A stretch of 59,091 nucleotides of DNA from positions 1 to 59,091 of the forward strand of contig NMRA01001079.1 of the NCBI GenBank assembly GCA_002633005.1, in the 5' to 3' direction. The first letter of the stretch is position 1; each line of letters begins with the position of its first letter. The notes under the pieces are model-generated. The model saw only the letters and a program-made list of their open reading frames with translations, was not told the DNA's origin and searched no databases. Below are positions 11,965 through 23,819 of the stretch, piece by piece. Position numbers and translations under genes: made by a program. Origin of the DNA: Phoronis australis. Its lineage: Eukaryota > Animalia > Phoronida.

Positions 11965-13539
11965 CCTATTTTTATAATTAATCGCACCTCGCGACTGCTT
12001 TACCAACGCCTCAGATAAAAAGTGGTGCTAAGGTGAGCTCTAGGCCACCTTAACTTAAGTTACAACGCTATTTCCATGCAAAACACTATGGTGGCGCTAA
12101 GGTGGTTTCGAGTTACAGGATTTGTGTGTATTGTGAATGAGAAGCTATCTTAACGTGACCTGAAGTTAGTCCCCCAGCTCTTTGGTGCTATCGTTCGTTT
12201 TTTGAAGTTAGCGAGAAATAAATGTTCAACGTCTATAAAAATACATATATCCAATATTTTACCATTATTCTTTCGCAGTTTCTAAATCATTACAGTCAAC
12301 TCTAATGGGACTAATCTTTATATATTTATAGTCTAGCAATAAAGTGACAGGTAGGCACATACGCATGTCCTCACCTATCCTTGGGTCATAAATCCATTTT
12401 ACAAAAGCATCTATATCTTTGACAAAACAAATAGGTCTACACTTAGAATCCAAAAATTCCTCCTACACACACGCTTTTCTCAATACAATTACTCTCATCT
12501 CTGATATTCCCAAAGCTGCTATTCGAAACCCATCTTAAACAGAAATTCGAAAACCGAAGTCAGGCTTTTAAACAGTACGTCAAGAGTTAATTAAACCATT
12601 TAGTAATAAAGAAACGATACTCTTGTGAAAGCTTTGACGTAACAGTGCAATTTACTACCTTGCGCGACTCCTTGGAAAAAATAACGAACGTGAGTTGTGT
12701 GATCTCGGGCAGTGATGTACTAATTATTTGAAAGCTATACTTCTTGAGAACAGATCAACATACATGGCCTCTTAAAAGATGTTAGAAACTACTTTCCCAT
12801 AATTAATTCCCTGGAAACAAAATGCATTGTAACCCCTTACATCCCTTAAAAGTTTAGAGGAAATTTTGAAAGCTCTTTTCGAAGTCTGCTAAACGGGCAA
12901 GCATGACCTACACTTTTAGCAAATAACGTGGGTAAGGACTAGCCACTAAGAACTATAGTTTCCAATCTGTGCGATAGGGAATACGAGGATTTAGTTGATT
13001 CCTGCTTTTATTTTTCAAAATTGACACCAATGATGCACTAGCAGGTGACACTACGACGATTGGATGAAATCATAAAAGCAGGGTTTACTGTCATTTTAAC
13101 GACTAGGAAAGTTACAATACTGTGTAAAAACAACATGGCAAATTGAAACATGTGTATCATTTATTTCAAATATCACGAAAGTTTCACGGGTAATCCTGTT
13201 AAAATGATTGTTCAAGGAACCAGTAGTTTGTAGTCACGTGGTGTCTACATTGGATGTATGTTTGAGGTCATCGAAGCAATAACAATGAGGCTTACTACAG
13301 CTCTCTCCATTGTTTCTGAAACTGCGGGAAGTCCGATTTTGGCTAATAAAATGGAGTGTTACGTCCTCGAGTGTATTTGAAACCAAAGCCAAATTAGTTA
13401 CAAAGCAGAGAGAAATTTGATGTACGGTATTTGTTTCGCTTGGCGCGTGTATAATGAATGTTTCTTTTCAAATCAAACTTGGGGGGTTATTGAAACAGCA
13501 TTTTTTCAATAGGCATGAATGTGCTAATGAGTTGTGTCG

Positions 13540-14040
13540 TTTTTTTGACGTTGGTCCGACGTTGGTCGGCGGTCTACGAGATACTGCTTTTAAAAGCCTG
13601 TTTTGCACTTCCAAGTAAATTTGACGCTTGCGATATTATTTTTTTATAGTCACAGTGTGTAAGTCAACCTATTTGTCCTACTTTGATTATTGTTCAGTCT
13701 TGACGTCGGACCAACGTTGGCTCAGGGTCGGGCACGTTTGACGTTGGGCCGACGCGGGTGCGACGCGGTGCGAGAAATCATATGTGGTGCTGAGTCCAAC
13801 GTCGGTCCAACGTCGTTTCGTTGTCAAAAGTGTAGGTCCATTTAACTATAGCGTCAAATTGAAAAAGGAAAATTAAAAATTCGTCTGTGATTCAGAAAAA
13901 ATATTTACTGCCGTGCATAAGTCAGCCTATTTGTCCTTCTTTGAGTATTGTTCAGTCTTGACGTCGAACCAACGCTGGCTCAGCGTCTGGCACGTTTGAC
14001 GTTGTGCCGACGCGTGTGCGACGCCGGGTGCGAGAAATTT
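13540..14040. repeat. About 120-bp direct repeat (13663 and 13921) rich in GACGTCGG/CCAACGTTGG motifs; probable DNA-transposon subterminal repeats
   Basis: CCTATTTGTCCT..TTTGA.TATTGTTCAGTCTTGACGTCG.ACCAACG..GGCTCAG occurs twice. Confidence 0.75.
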
Positions 14041-14949
14041 CCGGACGCTCACGGTTCGTACGCTCACCGGTGCTATTCTGTCTTCTGGTTGCTTTAGCGA
14101 CGCACCGTTTATGGTCGCCACACTTGAAAGGAGCCTGACTAATATGCAATTTCTCTTTCTACCCTACAGGGTCACTAACTATTCCAGCCCTACAACCTTC
14201 TCAAATTGTACTCATTCTGGAACGAGAGAGGTAGTTACGAGATCCCACGTGACCAGAGTTCCGGCGATTCATCACAGTCAACATCCCATCGAGAGACGCG
14301 AGGTCTTCAAAGATCTCGGAAACTAAAAAGGTAACCCATCAGACAAGTTTCAACTATTAATACCATCGGTTAAGGTCGTTGAAATTCAAGTTTATAGCCA
14401 AATTTGGGTAATCAATCATCTGTCTCATTATCCTGGATATCAACATGTTCAAGCCTTCAGCTGTTTTACAATTACACTTACCTACAATATTTTTATGTTG
14501 ATACAATGCTGAACAATATGTGATTTCACAACATTGTTTTCCAGGATTTAATATCTATTTGGCAGGATAGCTACTGAACAAAAATACCAGTTATGACATG
14601 AAAAACTTTTGTGTTGTTAATTAAGACACTTATTTAATTAATGGCCAATTAACGGTTTATTTAAACTTTTTAAGTGCAACAAAAATTCTTCTTCCAAAAG
14701 ATAGTTTAGTAACTCTGGACACCATATCCACAATTTAAGACGCAATTTTTCCTGGAGTTTGCAAATATAAGACGGCGGTGTTTGGACCCGAGGGAAGAGA
14801 AGACCCAAAATGAACTTGTATAAAAGAGGAAATATAATTTTGATTACTGCTATACACAAAATACAACTTAAGAGCACGCCCAAGAATGGACCAGGCAAAA
14901 AGTCGATAGCGTCTGTTTGTACAACGATTTCCTTCGAAATTTGGCTCTT

Positions 14950-15160
14950 ATTTACAGCACACATCACGAATTTTTGTCCGACCGGTCGGTTAGGAGTTGA
15001 CGACCGGCCGTCGAACGGTCGGCTAATTTTTAGCCGACCGACAGCCAGCCTCAGTGCCGACTCATAAGCCAACCCACCAGCCGACTCTACAGCCGACCTT
15101 AATTGCCGACCGGCCATCAGCCGACCCGCTAGTCGGCTGCTATTTTTAGACCAGAGTAGC
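14950..15160. repeat. Interspersed CCGAC/GTCGG-rich repeat; inverted copy at about 23070-23265
   Basis: TACAGCACACATCACGAATTTTTGTCCGA here versus TCGGACAAAAGTTCGTGATGTGTGCTGTA at about 23235-23263. Confidence 0.75.
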
Positions 15161-15422
15161 ATTTGCGTAATAGGTTGTCAGGCTGATACCGCTTTGCGTG
15201 CAGATGCCGATATTCATCTCAGCACAGGGTCAAATAAATTAGTAAACTTAGTTTTACTGTTTCCATTACATGAGTTCACATCGGTTGTGTTCACCAACCA
15301 CGAATTCGAAGGTTGGAGGCAAGCGATAATATTGAACATTGGATTAAGGACAATGGAACAAGTTTTGGATAACAAAACGTTAAAGTTTTCTTTACATTTG
15401 ATCTTTTGGCTCGTGACATTAA

Positions 15423-16630
15423 CAAGTTGCATTAGACTGGCTGCTTCCCGGTCATTACAACGCCGTAGTCATTTTGTGAACACAGCTATTTTTTACTGTC
15501 TTCGTCTACACTTGTTTTTTGTTTGTGTTACGCCCAGCTGCACGGGTCTGCTATCAAGCGCCCATGATGATGGGATAGTGAAGGAGTTGTTGCACCGAAG
15601 AGCTCTTGCTCCAGAGATTTTGTTTTCACAGTATTAACCCTTGCAGTAAAGACGCGAAATACACGGAACTTTATGCCCTAATCCCACGGACTTGGAAGGC
15701 TTTAAGTTCGAAATCATATGGTTATGACTTCCACGAACTTAGACAGTGACATCAAACACGGAATGACCATTATTGAGGCTCAGGGGAGGATCCAGTAGTT
15801 TGAGTTAGGGGGGGGGGGGCAGGGCACAGGTATAACCAAAATATCAGGCCTATGCATTGTTTATTCGTGTGCTAGTCAGCAGTTCGCACCCTAACTCCCA
15901 AATGGTATCTGGTATAATTTTACGGGGGGAGAGGGGGCTGGCGCCCTTGGCAACCCCCTAAATCCGCCTCTGAGGCTACTACCCATTCTAGCCTTGCACA
16001 TTCCGTTTCCATGCATCGGTGACGGTAAAATCTGCTCTAGTTACATGTATCAGTTGGTCGTTGACGTTGTTCCAAAAATAAATATTTTCTGTCAACAACA
16101 TATTGACGAATTGTACGGGAAGATGCGAATACGTGGTGAAGAGGTGTTTGCCTCTGCGGGACATTTGTGCGTGAATCTTTGGTAAAGCGAATGCGATGTC
16201 GAAAAAATGAAAGGAAATACACCAAGGTACACGTTTTGTGAAGCAGTGCGTCTGGTGATGTTTATAGCGCATGATCTGGCCTCCTTAGGTAGTATGTGAC
16301 GCTGAATGATATCTGGTATCTATGGTTCCAAAATAAAATTATCACTCTTGTATTGCCCCCCCCCCTTCTCCCCGAGTTCTGCACCTTCCAATAAGTCACC
16401 ACGCCAGATTTGGTTCAGTTTCAGTCCTAAAATCGCAGAATCACTCTTCTGTGGTCAGCTGTAACGAAACCTACAATTTTTGGAACGGTGTTCAATCTCA
16501 AAAAAGCTTCCAGAACGAGTGTGCTTTGTTAGAAATGCCAAGCACATGCAGCGTTCTAAGACAACGACGTTTTCGTTTCCGTATGTCCACAAAAGTGCTT
16601 TGAGCAGCGTGTACAGATTTGTTCATTTTG
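15423..16630 (+). mobile_element. Unclassified interspersed repeat (family Z); inverted copy at 34540-35610
   Basis: About 1 kb of colinear inverted homology. Both copies end at TTAA|CAAGTTG. Confidence 0.8.
15781..15972. mobile_element. MITE with a 5-bp TSD (hAT5-like)
   Basis: TIRs CAGGGGAGGAT / ATCCGCCTCTG; TSD AGGCT at 15776-15780 and 15973-15977; the empty site is visible in the paralogous family Z copy. Confidence 0.85.
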
Positions 16631-17087
16631 TTTGGTTGATGCATTTAGTCAGTGCCACGTCGTACATCAAATGTACATGTAGGGAAGAGTTACAGGTTCC
16701 GTACCAGTTATCGTCGTACCACGTCATTTCCCGCCAAACTACGGCCAGTCAATGAATGTATATTGTGTTTATTGAAATACCTTTAAGCAATCATTAGTTT
16801 TAGCAGAATTATTAAAGTTTGACTTGTGGCAATATTTCGTAGCGTTTTTTAAAACATGAACTTGTGTCTTAAAAGACACAAGTTCATGTTGACGTCATTC
16901 AGCATTTAATTCCAAAATCCAACTGCGCCAACGCCACGGATATTTGTCAAGTTTGATATATGTAATCCCCCTCTTGTTGCAACAACTAATTACACATGGT
17001 TTCTAGAACGTTCTCATGTTTAGATTTACGTTTAGCAACTATAAGAGACGAAACGTGATGTAATTACAGAAATTCATAAGCAGTAAG

Positions 17088-18149
17088 CAGTGGCGGATCT
17101 AGGATATCACAAGGGGGGGCCCAACATTTTGTCCGGCTGCAAGCATTTGCGTAAAGTGAACCACAATTGTAGATGTGCATAGCATCGAATGGGGGGAGGT
17201 CGCCCAGGAAAATTTTTCTGTTTTTAACTCTAAAAATCAAGCATTTTCCTTGATTCCTGAAGTATTATCCAAGAAAAAAAAAGCAAAAAAAAAAAACAGA
17301 GAACGTGTCAAACAGGGAAAACTAAGAGTAAATTTCAGTTCCGAAGATTCGAACTCACGACCTGACGGTTAGAGCGCACGTGCATTATCACTACACCACC
17401 ACGAACGAACTACTGACTATGTACTAAGAGACCTACTCGTTTATGGTCCACAGCGTTTGCGCGCAAAACCTACTTCTTTTTGTAATGCTTATTACACGTT
17501 TTATATTTTGTGCCATCAATTTTTAACAAATATGTCGTATTTAAAATAGTCTTCAAATGCCCAAAAGACCAAATCCGTCTTTCGTGTTAGCAATAATGAC
17601 GGGATTGCTTTAGAAATCGTCCTAAGATAAGGTTTGACAAAGAGAGTATTGCGAGTTTCTGAGTGATTCACTAAGGCTTCGATTAAAATTCACATCTTAC
17701 CAGCAGCGTGTGTTTTTTCATCGTCACCCAGGTTCCATTTCTTTAAAAAATGAAGTAAATTTTCTTCATTGCACAGTGGAGCAGACGACGGAAAAGGAGT
17801 CGTAGTGCGCAGCGCCATTGCCGGTCGCCTGGGATATCGCGGGAGAGCCTATACTTAGCCATANNNNNNNNNNNNNNNNNNNNNNNNNNNNNNNNNNNNN
17901 NNNNNNNNNNNNNNNNNNNNNNNNNNNNNNNNNNNNNNNNNNNNNNNNNNNNNNNNNNNNNNNNNNNNNNNNCCTAACACTAAAACTGCACACATTTAAA
18001 TCTTTTTTCATCCGCATAATTTCAATTACCGGGGTTAATTAATAAACTCAACATTTCCCTACGCTCTTACTGTTTTATTTTTTCAAGTTTGCGGCAGCCA
18101 AGGGGGGGGGGGGCTGGGCCCCCTGGGCCCCCCCTTAAATCCGCCTATG
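17088..18149 (+). mobile_element. CAGTGGCGGATC-type TIR element (family W) with an internal tRNA-like cassette
   Basis: Begins CAGTGGCGGATCTAGG. Homologous to 45422-45920 and 58758-59091. The right end AATCCGCCTATG (18149) lies beyond a gap, so that boundary is inferred. Confidence 0.7.
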
Positions 18150-18332
18150 TAAAATGGCTGCAGGACGGGATTAAACTGGAAACCTCAGGTATAACACTTC
18201 GGGGCGGAAGGTGGCACCAGTGGATTATTATTGAAAATGTGTTTGCCTGACTTACTTGAATGTAATATTTCTGATGCTAAAATGTTTAGTGCCGATCACC
18301 ACGAATTGTTGTGTCGCCTCCCCCTTCCTCCC

Positions 18333-18835
18333 CAGTGGCGGATTTAGAGGGGGCCAAATGGGCCATGGCCCCCCTAAAATTGTTCCAGATTAAATTTGGT
18401 AATTCGGGGTGTAAGTGTCTGACAATTTCTGGGCATAGCATTTCAAGTATTTTTTCATGACGATCCTTGGAAAGAACGCAAACTGAAACGCGACTATTGT
18501 AATGGCAGTTGAATTGAATGAAATCAACCTTGTGTAGTACAAACGAACGTCTGTGTACATGTGTATTTATTGGATAACGATTCTTTGCCCTGCATTGAGA
18601 ACAACAACTCCGAGGCACAGTTTTCAAGCATTTTTTCATGATGATTCTTGGAAAGAGTGCAATCTGAAACGCGACTGTTGCGATGTCTGTTGAATTAAAT
18701 GTAACCAACCTTGCATGTATTTATCTGATAACGATTATTTACTCTGCATTGAGAATAACAATGTCGAGGCATAGTTTTCCATGCATTTTTTTCATGACAA
18801 TTCCTAGAAAGAACGCAATCTGACACGCTTCGGCA
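18333..18835. repeat. CAGTGGCGGATTTAG TIR end followed by about 2.5 tandem units of 155-180 bp
   Basis: TTTTTTCATGA..ATTC.T.GAAAGA..GCAA.CTGA.ACGC recurs three times. Confidence 0.7.
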
Positions 18836-19340
18836 CTCAGTAACAGTAGCTTAGAATTTGCATTTGAAAACTGCACTCGTCAGATAATGTCACTCAACAG
18901 GAAATGTTTGTACAGTATGCATTATAGATGACTTTTATTCGCCGTTATTATGGAAATAAGTAAGTACGTGATCTAGTTTTTGAAATCAGGCACATTTTCG
19001 AGTCTTTCATTAATGTCGGGAAGGCAAAGAATTTTAGATCACGCATCGACGGGTATTTGTCCAGTTTAAAAAACGTTTTCACGCCGGTGTTGCAGCCCAC
19101 AACACAACATTTTTAGGAAGAACGAATAGAGTAATGCAACCGAGAAAGTCTTGTTAAGAATCAGACAACAACAAATAACATGTGAAACTTCAGTGGCTCG
19201 AAAACGAGGCAGCAAATGTGCCTGACGAATGTTTACGGCATTTTGGGAAAAAACAGCGAGATTCGAGTGTCACTGTGTATTCCGGGTCGGCCCTATTGCC
19301 ATGAATCTCAAGTATATAGTAGTGCCATGGAAAAAAGGGA

Positions 19341-20285
19341 TTGGGAATGGTTCCGGGGAAGAGGTGGAAGTTGTCAACAGGCAAAGAGAGGCGCAAAATG
19401 GTTTTGGACGAAGTTAGATCCCAGGAGAACGAGAGAAGGTATGCTGAAGCGGTCGGACTGAGGAAACAGGGAGCATGGACATTATGGGAAGGAGTGAACA
19501 GCAGAAGGATAACTGGTAAAGACCTTCTGTCTTCAGACCAATTCAGATTGGGATTTTTACTTGGTTCCATATATGACACTCTCCCAACACCTGTAAATCT
19601 TCTAACGTGGGGCAAAACTGAGGATGACAGCTGCAGGGGCTGTGGCAAGCGATGTACCTTAGAACACGTTCTATCCAGCTGTAGAGAAGCTCTCTCTTCA
19701 GGGAAGTACACTTGGCGCCATGATAAGATTCTCAAGTGTATTGCACATGTTTTAGATCTGGAGAGAAGGAAGGCGACTAACTCTGGTAAAGCACTCATTC
19801 AATTCAACAAAGGCGGGGTATCCACTAAGAGGCGTGATTCAGGTATTCTAGGTATGGCTGTCGACTGGAAGATGGTGACGGATGTGGTAACTAGGTGTTC
19901 ATTCCCAAGCCAAATTGCAGTAACCCAGTTACGACCAGACATAGTGTTGTGGGCAGACAGCAAGAAGATAGTGACTTTGATCGAGTTAACAGTGCCGTGG
20001 GAGACTAGGGTGCAAGAGGCTCACGAGAGGAAACTACTCAAGTACGCAGAGCTATCGCAGGAATGTGCAGCGAATGGCTGGAAATGCTTCTGTCTCCCCA
20101 TAGAAGTTGGATGTCGAGGGTTTATTGCTGGAAGCATGTGGCGGATGACGAAGCTACTGGGCATTTCATCAAGAGGGCGAGCTGATATGTTTAAGTCTAC
20201 TGTAAGAGCAGCGGAGGAAGCAACCGTGTGGCTGTGGTTACAGCGTGAGAACAAATGGCAACCCCAGCGTCGGCTGGAGGTCTGA
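19341..20285 (+). CDS. C-terminal part of an RLE retrotransposon ORF: CCHC zinc knuckle plus PD-(D/E)xK restriction-like endonuclease
   Basis: YDTLPTPVNL..W..CRGCGKRCTLEHVLSSC..YTWRHD, RPDIVLW..IELTVPWE..HERKLLKY..PIEVGCRGF. Uninterrupted over 314 codons but 5'-truncated. Confidence 0.9.
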   Translation: MGMVPGKRWKLSTGKERRKMVLDEVRSQENERRYAEAVGLRKQGAWTLWEGVNSRRITGKDLLSSDQFRLGFLLGSIYDTLPTPVNLLTWGKTEDDSCRGCGKRCTLEHVLSSCREALSSGKYTWRHDKILKCIAHVLDLERRKATNSGKALIQFNKGGVSTKRRDSGILGMAVDWKMVTDVVTRCSFPSQIAVTQLRPDIVLWADSKKIVTLIELTVPWETRVQEAHERKLLKYAELSQECAANGWKCFCLPIEVGCRGFIAGSMWRMTKLLGISSRGRADMFKSTVRAAEEATVWLWLQRENKWQPQRRLEV

Positions 20286-20376
20286 TCAGCCTTCAGAGAC
20301 CTACCATAGGAGAGGGTTCTAGGTCAAGGTCGAAACCCACAATGAAGATGGACTCCTAGCTGACGACGACGCTGGG
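20263..20376 (+). ncRNA. Structured 3' UTR RNA with hammerhead-like core motifs (copy A)
   Basis: Five helices that covary with 52166-52276; GUU, GAAA and CUGACGA in hammerhead register. Confidence 0.6.
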
Positions 20377-23300
20377 TAGCAGATATCACCATGTTTTCAA
20401 GTAAGTAAATAGTACTAACTGTATGTTTTTAAAAGTTATGTATGCTTCGACCGTACAGTAAATTCCAGAAAGTGATCGAGAAACAATCCTAATAAACTTC
20501 AGCACGTGGCATATTATATACTCAAGTAAATAACCCCGGCATAAATCCTGAAGGTTACTGGAGTGATAAGCCTACACTGACTTATTCAGTTCTGACAGTG
20601 GCGTTATTTTGAACTCGGGAGTCAATTTGTGTGCGATAGGATTCACAAAGGATTGTAGGTGATACTCAAACATTAAAGTAAGGCCGTAAGTTATTTTTAG
20701 AAATGCCATTGCTTGCGAGAACGCTTGTTAGCTGTCCCGTCGGTTTTCGGATGTAGCACAGCTTTGAAAACTCTAAAAAAGTTACCCAGCTACTTTGAAA
20801 TTTGAACACACATCTTAGCCGAGTACAGAGATTTCATCGCGTGCTTCTCTCAGAGCCAGTTCTAAAAGTCGTCTTGTCTTTTACGCTGGCATTCTCCTCC
20901 GCGAAAATTCTACGTTTCAAACACTCACTGACGCCTTGCTATGCGAGGCTACCTAATTTTATAAGCACCTCCTCGTGATGGTCACGTGAAACAACAGCTC
21001 ATTTCTCTGACTCTGACAAGTGTACCAAAAAGCCCATTAATTGTTCCAGTTTCATAAAATTTACGTAAGCAGTGAGGGATTTAGGGGGGAGGGGACAAGG
21101 GAGCCATTCCCCCATAAGATTCTCCCAGATTCCATTTGGCAGCTCGGGGGTGCGAATGTCTGCCCTGGCCGCCCCTAAATCAAAATCCTGGATCCGCCCC
21201 TGCTCCCCTCCGGAGAGTGTTCCGCATGAGACAAATCTCCCTCCATCCTAGTTACATGTACGCCCCTCAGGATGTACACCGAAGTCCGTGCCCTGACTGT
21301 TGCATACTTATGTATGCATTGTACATTGCTCCTTGCTAGTTCAAAGGTTTAGTTTTCATGCTATGAACAATCCCACTAAATAAGATTGGTCCTCACCCCA
21401 ATGGTCAAGGTAAACGATGGGGTTCGGAAAATTGAACTAGACCGTATTTATCCACCTTGGCTGAGTCGCGCTCGGCTCACGATCAAAGGCATGCCTCCAA
21501 GCTGCTCTATTCATCGAGTCACGAGCGAGGATAATAGGCGTCGCTCATGCGGATATGATCAGCTGATTACAATCTAGCTAGCAGATTGTACTTTTTATGG
21601 AGATCGTTTTACGTAGTTTTTACTGTAATGTTTGAAAAGAGGAGCGAAAACAAATATGAGTACAACTTTGAATTTTTCAAATCGGCCCAGGATAAGAGAT
21701 TTTGCAACACAGCAACACTCACGATTACTTTCATTTGGCGCGCACGAATACAAAAATATAGGACCCAAGTTATTTAGATTTTGGAACACATACATTGCAA
21801 TATTCAAAATACGTTTATTATGAATCTTACAAGCTGTAAAACGACGTTGTTTAATTTCATTGTGCTCATTCATTGTCATCCGTCAAATCAGCAATTTCCG
21901 AGATGTTATCTGCGGCGTGCGCGTATGTACAAAACATGTTGCTGAAGTACGAAAATTAAGAAGCTTTAGCATGCCGTTATTATTGACAGGTACACTGTCG
22001 TGTCACGTAGGCTCATTCTGCCTCTCTCTCCCTTCTTGGACTAGTTTTTAAGTATGTTGTTAGATGTCGCCTTTTAGATTGCCATTATGGACGCCGCATG
22101 CTCGGCACAGTTATTGGAGTTATTTACGTAGTTATTCTCAGAATTTGGCCTTGTTACAGAGGATAGTTGTAAGTAGTTCGTTATTTAGTCACATTCCCTT
22201 CCGTTCTTGTCGGTATTTGTCTTAGTGTTCTCGTAATTTCCGTACTGTAGGTTTATTTGCAGTCCTTTCGATCTGCCATTGTTTGTTACCGATTTTGCGA
22301 GACGCGTCGTTGTGGTGCATTTCACTATTAGTTTCAGAGTATTTAACTTTCATTGCTGTTTATTTAGATTCGGGAATTCGCAGAATTATTCTTACAGTAT
22401 TTGCTGTTTTAATCATATTTTCTGACCTTAGGATAAGTAATGCTTGTGTAAAAATCTTGCACCTCCATTTTGGTTAGACGACCTGTGCTGCAAAAGCGAA
22501 GACCCTAACGACAATGTCCTGGCCTGGGTCCTCAAAAGGTGAACTATGCACTGATGCAGATTTGTTAAATGTTCTCTTGAGTTTTCTCTCTTATCCGTTT
22601 TTCGCAGTCTTTCTTTTTTCGACTGTCCCCGGCACCACTCCTATGTGGGTTGTCACGGTTTAACCCAGACGCCTGAAAATTTTTGGGGGCCCCGTGCCCG
22701 CCCCGCCTCCCCCCCGCTTCCTACGGCCCTGGAACTGTATGCAAATTTACTGACACATTTCAAATTTCCTGGTTGTTGATACTTTTTTATGCATAATGTA
22801 TCAAAGTTTCACATTTAGAATGCGAAATTATGTTTCTACGTCATCATTTAACGTTTAATTTTACCACGCCGTTAGCAATTCAACATAAAGTTTACGTTGG
22901 TGCAATTTCACGCACTTCGTATTTTGTAGGTTGATTCGATTTTACCACCTTTCAATAGTTGAACAAAAGTTGATGAACCGATGTCAAGACCGGAGTGGCT
23001 ACTGGTGAACGAACAGCGAACAGTTAAATGTTTGTTTGGCCAAAGTTCACCCACTAAGTCATAAAATGGTAATTGCCGACCGAGGACACGCATAATCCGT
23101 CGTCTACGCTAGGCGACCACTTTGCCGACTCAAGTGCACACCGCAGAGGCGACTCAGCAGACGGCTCCCAGCAGACCATTTTTGGTCGGCAACTGGTCGG
23201 CTAGACGGCCGGTCGTCGACCAATTTCTAACCGCTCGGACAAAAGTTCGTGATGTGTGCTGTATATGACCAGGACACACGCTGCCAACTGACTACATGAC

Positions 23301-23819
23301 CAGGAAACATGACGTGACCAAAATACACACTAACGACTACACGACCAGGACTAACGTGACCAATGGACAACATCAAACTACCACGGGTGCAAGAAAATGC
23401 GTGTTATTGGCGTTGTCCAACCCTAAAACTGGCAATTTGAAAACAGCACATGTACACATTGCCTATGAAATAGGATACTATCATACAGTAGTAAGGATCA
23501 TCATGAGATTGGTGTTGTGAAAGTATAATGCTTGATTTGTTTTTCTTTTTTTAGTTAGCTAAAACAGTGGAAAATGTAGCTTTAAAGATAATACATGTAC
23601 GCAAATAGATGTCACGCAGACTGGTGAGTTATTATGTACTAATTCTGGAAGGAAAATTAAATACTCTGTTATAGCTGGAGGTTTCACTAGGAGAAAGCGA
23701 ACTTACAGAAATGAAATGTCAATTACCAAAATAGTATTTTCCAATTTCCCTCTGTATTCAAAGTGTAAACAACATGACTCTAGTACCTCAAAATAAATTT
23801 TGTCTTACTTGATTTCAGT

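Larger units (their letters stand above)
19322..20402 (+). mobile_element. 5'-truncated HERO-type (RLE clade) non-LTR retrotransposon, copy A
   Basis: Open C-terminal ORF plus 3' UTR. Candidate 12-bp TSD AAGTA(T/A)ATAGTA at 19310-19321 and 20403-20414. Confidence 0.85.

Noticed and set aside
11672-12006. GS-repeat and LP-repeat ORFs
   Set aside because: They are a MITE end plus the (GGTAGT)n microsatellite.
12265-12453. 62-aa minus-strand ORF with protein-like composition
   Set aside because: No motif recognised and no support for a gene structure.
17346-17400. tRNA gene
   Set aside because: No acceptor stem or clean anticodon arm, and it sits in a repeat family; reported only as a tRNA-derived cassette.
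23266-23365. ATGACCAGGA repeats with variable spacers (CRISPR-like)
   Set aside because: Repeats and spacers are too short and irregular, the context is eukaryotic, and there are no cas genes.
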